Assembly: GCF_006345805.1 (NCBI RefSeq)
Contig: NC_043016.1
Span: 27,838,001 to 27,902,000 of the forward strand
DNA from: Octopus sinensis
Lineage: Eukaryota
Reading direction: 5' to 3'
Length of the DNA stretch: 64,000 bases
Within the stretch, counting starts at the first letter, position 1; each line of letters opens with the position of its first letter. Shown here one piece after another: positions 12,021-25,886 of this stretch. A program made the translations under genes and the position numbers. The notes beneath the pieces were generated by a model. The model was not told the DNA's origin. It searched no databases and saw only the letters and a list, made by a program, of their open reading frames with translations.

Positions 12021-12578
12021 AAATAGCAACCAAATATACCTCAAATCATATTCAAGCTTATAGAAAAAGAACACATTGTATAATATAGTCCAAGATACAA
12101 GATGCTGATTTCTGGAAACTCTCTTGACCATAGATCTAATGGATCATGTCTGACCTCATAAACAACAAATACATCCAACATGTTTCTGACTTTAGCTGCA
12201 TTCAAAGCAAGTTTCTCTAGCGCCTAACTAAAATCTTTTGATCAGCCATGACTATCTTGTCATCTTTTCTGATATATTTAGATCTTTTTATCAAGTATTT
12301 TCATTAATGTTTAACCTTTTGACATTCAGATTATTCTGTCAAATGTAATGCTTACTCATTCACATTGTTTTGAATTCATCAGGCTTTATCTTGTGGCTTT
12401 GAGATTTCAAAGTTGTGATTGTTTTATTTTTAGAATAGCATTGTAGGAAAGATGTGAAAGGCCAGATCTGGTCAGCTTGAACATAAAACAAGTAGAATAT
12501 TTTTGGCTGGTTTAAATGGTAATCTAAAATTTGGGACAGATTTGGTTGCTAATTATTATAGATTGAATGACTGCTTAA

Positions 12579-12789
12579 CCCTTTAGTTACTGTATTTATT
12601 TTGAAATGCTCTGTTTTCCTTTCAATTACTTTAAATATAACAAAGAATTTAGTCAAATAACTTGGTTATCATTAAGCTAGTGTTAGGAACATAAATTGTG
12701 ACTAAGATTTGGTGGAAGATTTTAATTCAAAACTTATGTAAACAAGAGATTTGTACTCAGAGCCAGAGCCGGGTTGGTAACAAACTAGG
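12579..12789. mobile_element. piggyBac-like MITE, same family as 796-990
   Basis: TTAA-CCCTTTAGTTAC...GGTAACAAACTAGG-TTAA; internal sequence is the reverse complement of 796-990. Confidence 0.7.
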
Positions 12790-15700
12790 TTAAAGGCTTG
12801 TTTTCTTCCATCAGATACCTAGAAAAACAGTATGACAATCTAAAAAATCTACTAGTCTGTACAAATCACATCATGTAACTGACAGAATCCCTGCACAGAG
12901 CAACATTTTCACCTAAAAATATGTTAGACATGATGGAATCATTGTACTCATTAATACTTGTACCAACACTGAAATTCCTAGAATCTGAAAGAAAGCAGGG
13001 TAAAATCCTAACAGTTCTAAAGTTCAGTCAAAATCCTCATAAAGTAACTTTATAAGACCCTTCATATTCCAATACATACATTCTAACATTCTAGACAGGT
13101 TAACCCTTGACACCACTAACCCTAACCCCTCGTAAAAAGAAATACAAAATAAAAAAGGAGAGCTTCTGTGTATTCATCTGACCTAGAAATAGCAGCCAAA
13201 TTTCCCTCAAATTATACCCTACCAATCTCTTAAAGATAGGAAATATTGGCTAATACAGTCCAAAATATATAAAAAGATGATGGAATTGTCATGAGTTGAT
13301 GCCTCTGATCCTAGATTTGTTAAATGAGAGCTTACCTGGGGTTAAACAACTACCAAACAAGTTCCAAATCAACAGAGAATATATAATTACTTCATCTACA
13401 TCAACATCAAAAATCTTTTGGCTCCATTTCCTGCTACCCTATCATACACTAAAATACTCCACATCATCTTAAGAAACGACAGCAACCATTGGTTGGTAGA
13501 CTGCCTGTGAAGTCACCAATCCTAGTTAATGAATAGAAACAGCACTTCCAAAACTAACAATTTCCTGACTGAGATATAACACAGGAAACTGTTCTCTCAC
13601 TTTCTCATTTCCAATCTACATGTCCTTTTACACATTCACAAAATGTATCCACATGACATCACCACATTCACATCCTCACATGATTCTCAAGGTGCTAACC
13701 TTAACTCTGCATAAGCAACCCCTCTAAAAAGAAAACAGCTCCACAACAACAGACTTACTTGAGTTACAACCAAATATCCGGCAATGCAAGACTCCATGAA
13801 AATACATTCAACAACATATTTGTACCACACCCACACACACGAGATAAAGATACTGTTACATACAGCCACAATATTCACAACATTCATAGAAGACACTATG
13901 TGTACATTTTAGAGTTGAACTTGTTTGTCAAGTGACTTGACCTGAGATCATGTGTTAAAATTAAAACAATGACATCATGGAAGAGTCATTTAAAAAACAC
14001 AGAAACGGAGATATTTATTTCTTATTTATTTATATTCTTCATGGTAGTCCATTGTGAAGTGACATGTCAAGTTGTTTCAGTATTTCTGTACGTTGGTCTT
14101 TAACACAATTCCACTGTCAGTGACCAGGTCACAGAATTACTGTGTAAATTTTTCTATCAATTATTATTTCAAACAGTGGCCAGTTGACAGAAACAACAAT
14201 TCACCAAAATAAAAGACTTAAGGAGAAAAATGATGAATTATCAAATAAAATTTGTAGTTGAAGACATTTTCCTAATGTACCATGTAGTAGAGTTGAACCT
14301 GAAATCAAGTGATTTAGCAGCATACTGTTCAACTGCACAAACATGCCTGCACCTAATCATAATACATTTGTTGTAAGGGTAATGAATGAAAAGCAAATTA
14401 CAAAACCATTTCATGATGTCCCAATATGAGAACAGCTGTATAGATATGATGACAGAACCTCACAGACCTAGGAGTAAGTGATTACTGAAAGCAAATGTCC
14501 TCTCTCAACTGTATTTGCCAGACTACAAGGACATGCTGAGAATAGATTCATTCATATAAATTGTTCTCACTTACCTTTCAGCAGGGATCACATGACACTC
14601 TATTCTCATATTTTCTCTCAAGGTGAAACCTAAAGATGAGAATTTGGCTTGAGAATATAAGTGTCTGTATTCACTTTATTCTATCTTGCCCACCAAACAA
14701 TCTTTATTGCCACAGCCATCTACAAGAAAAGAGCATTGCCCAGCCTAACAAAAGGAATCAGAGATGCAATCTTCTACACTTGCCAAATAATGTCTGACAT
14801 GATTCCACAAGCCAGAAATGCTCATAGACTGCACAAATATTACTAGTAATAATTGTTTCCAATTTAGGCATCAGGCCAGCAATAAGGGGTTAGTCAATAC
14901 TATAAACCCCAATACTTCACTGGTACTTTACTGATCCTGAAAGGATGGAAGTTCACCTTGGCAGGAAAAATGAAATACAATATCATTATCGTCATCAACC
15001 TCTCTTCATCATCATTATCATTTAAGATTTATTGTTAGACTAGCTTGACAGGATCCAATGGTTCGAGAACTGCATTGGGCTCCAGTGTTTACTTTGGCAT
15101 GGTTTCTATGGCCAGATGTCCTCCTAAATGCCAACTATTTTACAATCTGTACTGGGTACTTTTTTCATGACGCAGTCACTAGTATGGTCACCATGCAGCT
15201 TGCTAGACTATGAGACCCAAGATAGGGGATGGTCAGCTTTATCCTAGGAAATGAAAAATAAAACAGCATGTTTACAAATGGAAATGGAAGTGAGAAGGAT
15301 GGTATACATTATACAGAATAAAAACAAAAATACCAATATGGTGAGCAAAGATGATGAAAAGGAAACCAATTCTTTTCTACCAGCCAGAAAAGTGGAAGTA
15401 CCCGTTTGTGGCTCATACTCTGCTGCCTTTTAATAGATCATTTAGTTATAGAAGCCCCTAAAAAGACAGCGTGATCATGGTTGAAATGCCGTTGCTAACA
15501 ACTCTGCTCATCAGATTTGCTTGTAATGGAGATGTGGAAAGAAGAAGGAAAATAGATGCTGATGAAACAGAGGCATGAACTGAGATTGAAAAACACTACA
15601 ACTGATAATGACCAAGTTTAGATGTTAAGATATTATAGTATAGAGAAATATAGCAATATATATATAATAATTCCATGAAGTGGTTGGTGTTAGAAAGCAA

Positions 15701-15844
15701 ATCAATCTGTAGAAACTATGCCAAAGTAGGCATTAGTGCTCAGTGCAGACCTTTGTCTTGTCTGTTCATGTCGAACTGCCCAACCCATGCAGGATGGAAC
15801 ATAGATGTTAAATGATGGTGATTGTATGTATGTATATATATATA

Positions 15845-15876
<32 letters not shown>

Positions 15877-15960
15877 ATATATATATATATATATAATATA
15901 TATGTTATATATGTGTGTATATATATATATATGTGTGTGTGTATATATGTATATATATAT

Positions 15961-15998
<38 letters not shown>

Positions 15999-16299
15999 CT
16001 GTTGTGTCTGGGGAGAGTCAATTTTCTTTTTGTGCCTTATAATGTAACACACTCACCAGTAAAATTTACACTTATTTCTTATTTTTATTTTTCTAAAATT
16101 TTCATTGCGTCTTGCAACCTTTTCAATAGTCTTGAGATATACAAGAAAACCTAGGAGAATAGATTCATTCATGTAAATTGTTCTCACCTACCTTTCAGCC
16201 TTAGATGTACAAAGGTTTTGATAAACTAGTCTATAAATTAAAATTGACCCCATAAAAGCAAAAATCAGTGACAGGCAGAGTCTGTAACAATGCATATCT

Positions 16300-17673
16300 T
16301 CTTGAAAAGTTTAGTAACTTCTATGCTGGAGTAAGAAAGTATGTTCTTTGTCTATCTCGTTAACTTCTTGGAGATTTTAAGTAAAATTATACTAACGTGT
16401 CCATCTGTTCTAATTTAATTAAATTCTATGTCTTTGCGCAGCTGAAGATTGGTCTGCATTTTAAATTGATGTAATGATTGCATTGTTCAATTAAAAGGAG
16501 TTGCATGAAACGATCGTACTGCATTACCTCTGGATATCCTTGTTGCTTATTTTGATTATATATATATATAAGCACAATTAAAGGTTACAAACCTCATTCA
16601 GAGATAGCAAAATCCTATGAAAGTACTAGTTAATTACCTACACAAAGAGTATTGAACATTATATTTAATACTCAACTGCAAGGTAACTATATAAACCATG
16701 GTTTATATATATTTTATTTATTATAATAATAAGATAAGAGAATAGAGAGGTAATTAATAAATTATTTTTTATTAATTAAAAATTGACAAACATCCTTTAC
16801 AGCCGTTTCAGTTCAGATCCTCAGAAAATTAATTAATTAAATTAAAAATTATTTGAAAGTAAAATCTCTTCAGAGGTAGATAAAGATATACGAAGTAGCT
16901 GTTCAATTTCTTCATGTTGAGTAAACAGCTGCAAACCATTAACTGATAAAGTTTATACATAAAGAACATAGTATATAAATTGTAGAGCCCTTTGAAGGGG
17001 AGTAAGGTTGTGCATAATGGAGTTGTAAAAAATTATGTATTTATCTGGAGTGTTAAGTATAATAAAGTTCAAGTAGATACAATGGGTAAAAATGTCATAT
17101 TATGCTATTATATCTATTCTTATTAAATCAATATAAACTTAGTATGCAGAGTTTAATTTAAATGCATATGGTTACTAACATATATATATATATATATATA
17201 TAATTAAGGTGGAAGACATTCAGGCAATCTATTAATTATTAAAATATTGAAATAGTTAAAAGACCAATTAGAACATTTACTCAATGTTAGGGTACATAAA
17301 AATTATAAATGAAAATGAATAAAGTAAAATAAATTAATCAAAATAGATAGAGTAAAGAATGAAAATAGATAGAGAGAGAAAAATTTAAAAATGAATAAAG
17401 AATTATAGGTTATTACCTTACATCCCTTAAAAATTTATTATTGAGCTAGACTAATAAAGATAAAGAACTATTGGACAAAATTTAATTTAAAATTTCAGAT
17501 ATGCAGCATTCCTGTAGTGAAATACCAGATGTAAATATGTTAAGTTGCTAAGGTACAGAGATATGGTATTTAACATAAATAAATAAATACAAAATAGGAA
17601 TTAAAGGGAATAAAAGTATGCTAATAAAAATTATATATCTATATATGTATAAAAATTATATATACACACATAC

Positions 17674-17724
<51 letters not shown>

Positions 17725-17789
17725 TTGAAAATTATATATATATATATGTATATGTATGTATATATATATGTATTAAAAATTATATATAT

Positions 17790-17820
<31 letters not shown>

Positions 17821-17950
17821 CATATTATATATGTATATATAAAATTATATATATATATATATTAATTACTCAGAGTGAGCCATGGGATGTTGCACAGGTA
17901 TTCAGTTTCTTATAGCAGAAACAGCTGTCAGCCAGGTAATAGATTATGTA
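16300..17950. mobile_element. Degenerate Penelope-like remnant with three hammerhead-like motifs
   Basis: AT-rich decayed sequence with CTGAAGA...GAAACGATCGTA (+, 16442-16518), CTGAGGA...GAAACGGCTGTA (-, ~16797-16824) and GAAACAGCTGTC (+, ~17918-17929). Confidence 0.4.
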
Positions 17951-18462
17951 ATTCATGTTCCTTTGTCATTTAGATTCTGAAACATATGTTTACTGAATTC
18001 TAACAATTGGTTATTAATACTGTTATGCCTAAGAGAAATCAATATATACATAAGTATGTATACACATGTTTATACATAAACATATATGTGTATATAGACA
18101 GAGATATGGCTGTGAGGTTACAGGCATGGCTGTGTGGTGTGGTTGAAAGATTGTCTTCCCAGCCATGTGGTTTCAGAGTGAGACCCACCGTTTGACACTT
18201 TGGACAAGTGTCTTGTACTATAGCGCTGTATTTCATATTTTGCTGGCTTTCACTGGTTTGCAAATAATTATTTCAAATTTTTGCCACAGGGGCAGCTTGG
18301 GGGGAGGTGGGGATGAGTCGATCATATCAACTCCAGAGTTCAACTGGTACTTGTCTTATCAACCCCAAAAGTATGAAAGGCGAAGCCGACCTCAGCGGAA
18401 TTTGAACTCAACATAGCAATGGGCAAAATGCTCATTGGTTTGTAAATAATGCTTCATCATAA

Positions 18463-18876
18463 GCACAGGAGTGGCTGTGTGGTAAGTAGCTTGCTTACCA
18501 ACTACATGGGTCCGGGTTCAGTCCCACTGCATGGCACCTTGGGCAAGTGTCTTCTACTATAGCCTCAAGCCGACCAAAGCCTTGTGAGTGGTTTTAGTAG
18601 ATTGAAACTGAAAGAAGCCCGTCGTATATATGTATATGTATATATGTGTGTGTGTGTTTGTCCCCACCTCCAACATCACTTGACAACCGATGCTGGTGGG
18701 TTTACATCCCCGTAACTTTGCGGTTCGGCAAAAGAGAAGCGATAGAATAAGTACTAGGCTTACAAAGAATAAGTCCTGGGGTCGATTTGCTCGACTAAAG
18801 GCGGTGCTCCAGCATGGCCACAGTCAAATGACTGAAACAAGTAAAAGAGTAAAAAGAGTAAAGAGAGTAAAGAGTA
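18463..18876 (+). mobile_element. tRNA-derived SINE family 1
   Basis: Full head-to-tail copy with (AAAAGAGT)n-like tail. Confidence 0.9.
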
Positions 18877-19149
18877 TGGTGTCATTTGCTTGCAGTCCAC
18901 CATGAACACGTGTCCAGGCTGTTTGTTGCTTGATAGACTGGGAGATTATAACCCCATTACTCCTAACCAAAATACTCCTACAGTTATTATATATTGGACT
19001 CATGCCAACAGTAGCTTTCCCACCATAGATAGGAATGTACCACTAAGTATTATAAGTATTCTAGTTCTATTACTAAATTTTTAAGTTGGTTGAAAGGTTT
19101 CCAGAGGGATAGTATGTAACATCAATTGATATATTGTTACTACTATACT

Positions 19150-19236
19150 GTGTAGTCAACAAAATCAAAAACAAACAATGCACATGCACAAAATAAAAAA
19201 TATAGAATGGCGACAATTTACCCATTGCACCCTGTA
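19150..19236. mobile_element. Solo terminal fragment of the maT-like family at 42085-42975
   Basis: ...GACAATTTACCCATTGCACCCTG-TA matches 42890-42975. Confidence 0.6.
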
Positions 19237-20180
19237 TATATAAAGAAGGCGATGAGCACAAACGGAAGACAAAACATAAGGGACAAGTTTTAACAAATAT
19301 AATTTTATCTCAGAATAAATTTCTGATCTAAAATTTTTACAAAGAATCAAATCTTTCTAATGAATCCAACCAGGTCTGGGATGCAAAACAAAACTAGTGC
19401 TGACATACTGTGACCTTTGAATGGAAGTAAATGAAAATAATTTATGGTATTTTGTCTGGCATACCAGCATACTTACCCATTCACAGCTCTCTTGATGTCC
19501 TTAAACTTTATTCTTCCTATTTGTTATTGTTTCTATTGTCTAAATAGTTGTTTCAAGCATAGCTAAACAGATAATCTTAAGATGTATTTTATTATCTTGT
19601 CTCTGTCATCTGTTAGACATGGAAGAGATAAACACTTAACTGAAATCCTTAAAGATTAATTATTATTTCATGGTCCAATGATATCCTGTATTTTCAGGAC
19701 TTATCTATTGAAAAGGACTATTTATGTTTTTAACAAATCCTATTCAGGTTAACATAGATGTTTACTCCAACATTCTTCAATAAGTATTTAAAGTCCAGTA
19801 TTGTTTAACAAATTTGCTTATTTTCTAATCTGACAACAACAAAAAAATTTTGTGTGTCACCCCAAAAGTAAGGTGAATATATTATTATTCTGAACTTTTA
19901 AACTTTTAAAATGTATTTAATTTTTACTCAGGTCAAGAAATCTATATTTTAGGCGAGAGGAAAAGTGAAAGGTTCAATCAATGTTAAGGACAAAAATAAG
20001 ATAAAATCATTTATGTAATTTTTTTTCCCCCGCTATAGACGGCTCAAAATATGTCATGTAGTTTGGACACAAAATTACAACTACACCACCATTACAACAA
20101 TAATCACGTTTTCTGCTATACACCCAAGCTGATCATAACCATGTAAGTGGTTTTCATGCACAAAAACCAAAAAAAGACTC

Positions 20181-20226
<46 letters not shown>

Positions 20227-20315
20227 CGTGTGTGTGTGTGTGCATGTATGTATGTATGTATGTATGTACATATGTACATATACATATGTGCATGCATGTA
20301 CATATATATATATAT

Positions 20316-20730
20316 GCACAGGCATGGCTGTGTGGTAAATAGCTTGCTTCCCAACCACATGGTTCCAGGTCCAGTCCCACTGCATGCTGCATGGTACCTT
20401 GGGCAAGTGTCTTCTACTATAGTTTCAGGCCAACCAAAGCCTTGTGAGTGAATTTGGTAGAGAGAAACTGAAAGAAACCCATCATATATATGTAAATATC
20501 TATATGTGTGTCTCTTTCTGTCTGTGTTTGTCCCCCATCATTGCTTGACAACCGGTGTTGGTTGTGTTTACATTCACGTAACTTAGTGATTCAGCAAACG
20601 AGACCGGTAGAATAAATATTATGCCTAAAAATAAGTCCTGGGATCAAATTGTTTGACAAAAACCCTTCAAGGCAGTGCTCCAGCATGGCCACAGTCAGAT
20701 GATTGCAACAAGTAAAAGAATAAAAGAATA
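20316..20730 (+). mobile_element. tRNA-derived SINE family 1
   Basis: Full copy; its tail abuts the mariner TIR. Confidence 0.85.
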
Positions 20731-20732
20731 TA

Positions 20733-22013
20733 TCAGGTTGAGTAAAAAGTAAGCAACGTTTTGAAACTTGAAGAATTTGTAGCAGATTTTTGCAGAGTTC
20801 TGAATTTTTTAAACATTTTTTTTTTTGCAATTATCTCATAATACAGACATAGACTTGTCCAAATGCATCAATAAATTAACATTGATATTCTTTTCACCGT
20901 TGTTGTAATCAACTGAAATGGAACTGTCAAAGCATGATATTCGAACAATTTTGCTATTCAACTTCAAAAAAAGATGTAAAAGCAGCTGAAACTGCTCATG
21001 ATATCAATGACCAGTGAATAGTCAGCTCGAAAATGGTTTAAACTATTTTACAGTGGAGACCTGAGCCTTGAAGTTCATGATGATAGTGGACGCCCATCTG
21101 TCATCACTGACAGTCAATTAAATACCGTCTGAGAAAGATCCACGTAAAACCACTCAAGAACTGGCAAAAAAACTTCAAATTAACGAGAAAACTGCCTGCA
21201 ACGATTTGCATGCGATTAGAAAATCAAAAAAGCTCGACAGATGGATACCACACTATTTGAATGAAAGTCAGAAAATGCACAGATATGAAATTTGCTCATC
21301 GCTTCTTCTCCAAAACTAGACCAATCCATTTCTCAACTGTATTGTAATTTGCGATGAAAAATGGATTCTGTACAATAATAAAAAACGTTCTTCGCAGTGG
21401 TTTGACCAAAATGAAGCACCATAAACCTTCCCTAAACCCAAAGTCTTCAAAAAATAAGGTTATGGTGACTGTTTGGTGGTGTACTGCTTGACTCATCCAC
21501 TATAACTTCTTAAGACCTGGAAAAACAATTACTGCAGAAACATATTGAAATTGCAGAAACATAATGAAACATATGAAATTGCCAAAACTGCCATCCCCTC
21601 CATCCCAGACTGGTCAATAGAAGAGGGCCAATCATTCTTTGTGACAATGCTCAATCACACATTTCATTAATGATGCTCCAGAAGTTGAGAGAACTTGATT
21701 ACGAAGTTCTTCCCCTCCCATATTATTCCTCTGAGCTTTCCCCTACCGACTTACCACTTTTTCAAGCACCTCGATGGTTTCCTGCAAGAGAAGGAGTTCA
21801 AAAATCAAACCGATGCTGAAAGTGCATTCAAAGAGTTCATCAGCGCCAGAAGTACAGATTTTTATGTTATGCGAATAAACAAACTTGTAACTCGTTGGCA
21901 AAAATGTGTTGATTGTAATAGTACTTACTTTGATGAATAAAATCTCCGCATTGTTGAAATATATTGTGATGAATTTCATGTTTCAAAACGTTGCTTACTT
22001 TTCACTCGGCCTG

Positions 22014-22014
<1 letters not shown>
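20733..22014 (+). mobile_element. Full-length, inactive mariner (Tc1/mariner, DD34D-type), 1282 bp
   Basis: TA-flanked TIRs TCAGGTTGAGTAAAAAGTAAGCAACGTTTTGAAAC / TCAGGCCGAGTGAAAAGTAAGCAACGTTTTGAAAC. Frameshifted transposase 20918-21940 with WIPH, CDEKW and SPTDYHFF motifs. Confidence 0.93.
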
Positions 22015-22046
<32 letters not shown>

Positions 22047-22093
22047 GTTGTGTGTGTGTGTGTGCGTGTGTGTGTGAGGTATATATATATATA

Positions 22094-22133
<40 letters not shown>

Positions 22134-22489
22134 CAGTAGGTTCACAAAGATTATCTTGGCTATCTCAACGTGTCTTTCTTTATATTTTGTGTGTGCTATT
22201 TTGCCACATTGTACTGCCATATGCTCAATATTTCCTTTCTTTTTTACAATATCTGCATGCCTTTTTTTTTTTCCATGGCAGTTGTTTCTGTCTTGTAAAT
22301 ACTGTATAATATTTTTAATTTCTCATTGAGTATTTGCTTTGTTTTATAAATTTCAATGAGTCTCTTTTTGATACTGCTTCCTCATCCAGGTGTTTAAAAT
22401 ATTCACTGTGTATTTCTTTGCGTCATTAATTTCCTTAATTATTTTTTCTCCCTCATATTTTTTGTATTAATTGACATTATTTATATTAT

Positions 22490-22585
22490 TTTGTATGTAT
22501 GTATGTATGTATGTATGCATGCATGCATGCATGCATGCATGCATGCATGTATGTATGTATGTATGTATGCATGCATGCATGTATG

Positions 22586-22619
<34 letters not shown>

Positions 22620-23445
22620 TGTATGCATGTATGTATGTATGTATGTGTGTGTATGTATGTATGTATGCATGTATGTATGTATGTATGTATGTATGTGTGT
22701 GTGTATGCATGTATATATGCATGCACGCATGCACGCATGTACGCATGCACGCATGTATGTATGTATGTGTATGTATGTATGTATGTATGTATGTATGTGT
22801 TGTATGTATGTATGTATGCATGTATGTATGTATGTATGTATGTATGTGTGTGTGTATGCATGTATATATGCATGCACGCATGCACGCATGTACGCATGCA
22901 CGCATGTATGTATGTATGTATGTATGTATGTAGTATGTATGTATGTATGTATGTATGCATGTTGTATGTATGTATGTATGGTGTGTATTAGTATGTATGC
23001 ATGTATGTTGTATGTATGTATGTATGTGTGTGTGTATGCATGTATATATGCATCACGCATGCACGCATGTACGCATGCACGCATGTATGTAATGTATGTA
23101 TGTATGTATGTATGTATGTATGTATGTAGGTGTGTGTATGTATGTATGTATGCATGTAGTATGTATGTATGTATGTATGTGTGTGTGTATGCATGTATAT
23201 ATGCATGCACGCATGCACGCATGTACGCATGCACGCATGTATGTATGTATGTATGTATGTATGTATGTATGTATGTATGTATGTATGCATGCCTGCATGC
23301 ATGCATGCATGTGTATGTATGTATGTATGCATGCTGCATGCATGCATGTATGCATGTATGTATGTATGTATGATGTATGTATGTATGTATGTATGTATGT
23401 ATGTATGTATGTATGTATGTACACGTGTGTGTGTGTGTGTGTGGT
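22490..23445. repeat. Compound (ATGT)n/(ATGC)n microsatellite with higher-order unit
   Basis: Marker block GTATATATGCATGCACGCATGCACGCATGTACGC (one copy with a 1-nt deletion) at 22711, 22862, 23042 and 23195. Confidence 0.95.
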
Positions 23446-23889
23446 TGTGTGCTACTGTCTCCTTGCTTTGAATTTGTGTGTTAGTCATAAACGAGTTTTA
23501 TCTGTATGCAAGTAGTGTCCTTTATTCCCAATCTTCCCTGAAAATATGTCTAACCACGGGGGGAAATATTACTTGCTTGGAAACAGGTGAGGGCATCTGG
23601 CCATAGAAGATCTACCCTAACATACCTAATATAACAAAATTTTACTCAACTCATACAAGCAAGAAAAAATGGACATTAAAATCAATGATAATGATGATGG
23701 TGATGGTGAAAAAACTGCCACTATTACTACTAGTGCTAAGCTTTATCTCTGAAGAATTCTTACAGAGATACCAAATATATACACCATTGCCAAAATGGCC
23801 AAAGGTGATGTTCATCTTCAGAAATGAAAATTACATTACATGTATTTAGTGAAGACCTGTTGAGGCAAGTGAAAATCAAACCAAATCAA

Positions 23890-24342
23890 AATAGATGAAC
23901 ATCAATGGAATTTGTATCTTTGTGGTACCATCCGAACGTGGCCGTAGCCAGTACTGCATCGACTGGCCTCTGTGCTGTGGGCACGTAACAAACACCATCC
24001 GATCGTGACCGTTCGCCAGCCTCGTCTGGCACCTGTGTCAGTGGCACATAAAAAACACCATCCGAGCGTGGCCGTCTGCCAGCCTCGTCTGGCACCTGTG
24101 TCGGTGGCACATAAAAAACACCATCCGAGCGTGGCCGTTCGCCAGCCTCGTCTGGCACCTGTGTCGGTGGCACATAAAATCACCCACTACACTCTCGGAG
24201 TGGTTGGCGTTAGGAAGGGCATCCAGCTGTAGAAACACTGCCAGATCCGACTGGCCTGGTGCAGCCTTCGGGCTCCCCAGACCCCAGTTGAACCGTCCAA
24301 CCCACGCTAGCATGGAAAGCGGACGTTAAATGATGATGATGA
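23890..24342 (+). mobile_element. RTE-type LINE 3' end with ~63-bp tandem array and (GAT)n tail
   Basis: Units start at ~23926, 23993, 24056, 24119; conserved end GCTAGCATGGAAAGCGGACGTTAAATGATGATG, also at the 3' end of the RTE RT remnant 38740-40395. Confidence 0.8.
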
Positions 24343-24582
24343 TTTAGTTAATTATTTTCTTAGGTCAAGAGAAACCTACATATCTGGGATAGTTGATAGG
24401 TCTCATGATTTTAGTTCTCTTAGACAAGTGAAGTTGAAGCTATTTTTCACTTTCTGGGGCAAAAATATAGGCAAAAATAAAGAGATTTCAGGGATTATTA
24501 TAATTTAATGGTATAAGACAGCGGCTTACAAAAATATTTACAGTTGGGTTTCAGAGGGAAAACCAAATTATTTAACTTTTAA

Positions 24583-24795
24583 CCATTTAGCGTTTAAATG
24601 GATCACATCTGGCCCAAATGTTCTATCAGTTCAAACTGGCCAGATCTGGCCTCTCACATTTACCCTACAATGTCATTCTAAAAAAAGACAGTCACGTTAT
24701 TGAATCTTCAAAGCTAATAGATAATGCATAATTAATTCAAAGCAATGTGAATACATAAATATTACATTTTATAGAGTAATCTGAATGTTAAAGGG
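24583..24795. mobile_element. TTAA-flanked MITE, second family
   Basis: TTAA-CCATTTAGC...GTTAAAGGG-TTAA; related copies at ~780-1143 (interrupted), ~12300-12530 (reverse) and ~47520-47690 (partial). Confidence 0.65.
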
Positions 24796-25711
24796 TTAAA
24801 TTTTTTAGTGCTGCCCAGTATATTACATGTGGTACACAGGACATATCTCTCTGGCATTCCAGCATCATACACAACATATGTTACCAATTTTTTTACAACC
24901 AGTAGTGTAACTTGGGACTTATGAAAGGAATGCTTTATAATACACAGAACATATGAAACAAGAGCTAACTAAAAGCCTGAAAGCAAGCATAGATGTTTAG
25001 GACAAAATTATGAAAATGTTTTGAACAGGAAAAGGGTTAAGGAATAATGCAGTTGAAGGACAAGAAAAGGTAAATGACTCAAGTAGGATTGGTTAGAAAT
25101 GATATACAGCGTATTAGCCCATGGGAACAGCAGAACAATAGAAGAGAGAAAGAGGTAAAGGAATGCATAATGTTAGTGTGTAAGTGGTTGTACTTTAAAT
25201 GTGTAACAGCTGCCTCTTTTCGGTTATATGAGTAGTACTTTACTGTGACAAAAACACATGTATTTTGCATAAGATTAACAGCTGTTCATAGGAAAGGGTA
25301 ACTTTTCATTTTGCAGAGAAGGTGTAGCTGTCAGGCTTCACGTTGGCCTGAACCCCATTTGTGCGTTTTTTTTTTTTTTACACATATGCTACACTTTGAA
25401 TCATCCTTGAGTTGGATCTACAGTTTGTATTAGATAGGGTACCTACATATATATATATGCTTTTGTCCATGTATATTTAAATATAGAGATAGATGTGTAG
25501 GCATATATATGCATAATTACACCATGTAAGAAGCAAATAACAGCTTTAATTTTCTCTAGAGTATTGTAAGCCCAGCATGTAGCCTTTTGTGGCATCCAAC
25601 GGATTGAAATACCTAGATTCTAACGAATCCTGCAATTGAACATATCTATATATATGCATATGTATGTGTGTGTGTTCGTGTTTGTGTGTGATTGTATGTG
25701 TGTGTGTACAT

Positions 25712-25753
<42 letters not shown>

Positions 25754-25886
25754 GTAAAAGCAAGTAATGATAATAAACCTCATTAAGGGATCATAAATCC
25801 AGTGAAAATACTGGTTAATTACCAATCCATAGAAAGTTCAACTATAAGGTAACCATATAAACTGTGGTTCATATATTTATATATTT

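Noticed and set aside
12370-12390. CTGATGA cores at ~12376 (-), 15508 (-), 15560 (+), 21838 (-), 39123 (+), 43960 (-), 46850 (+), 58217 (-, CTGAGGA)
   Set aside because: No correctly placed GAAA, helix III or cleavage triplet; several lie in coding motifs such as YADD.
19470-19570. Minus-strand donor GG|GTAAGT with possible exon
   Set aside because: Acceptors with a pyrimidine tract give stops in all frames; the only open option lacks a tract.
22467-23515. Long ORFs up to 300 aa (MYVC/HTYI repeats); similar ones at 15.7, 20.1, 26.2, 33.6, 44.2, 50.3 and 54.9 kb
   Set aside because: Translations of microsatellites lacking stops; no coding signal.
23926-24180. CRISPR-like appearance of the 63-bp array
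   Set aside because: No unique spacers, no cas genes, eukaryotic LINE 3' UTR context.
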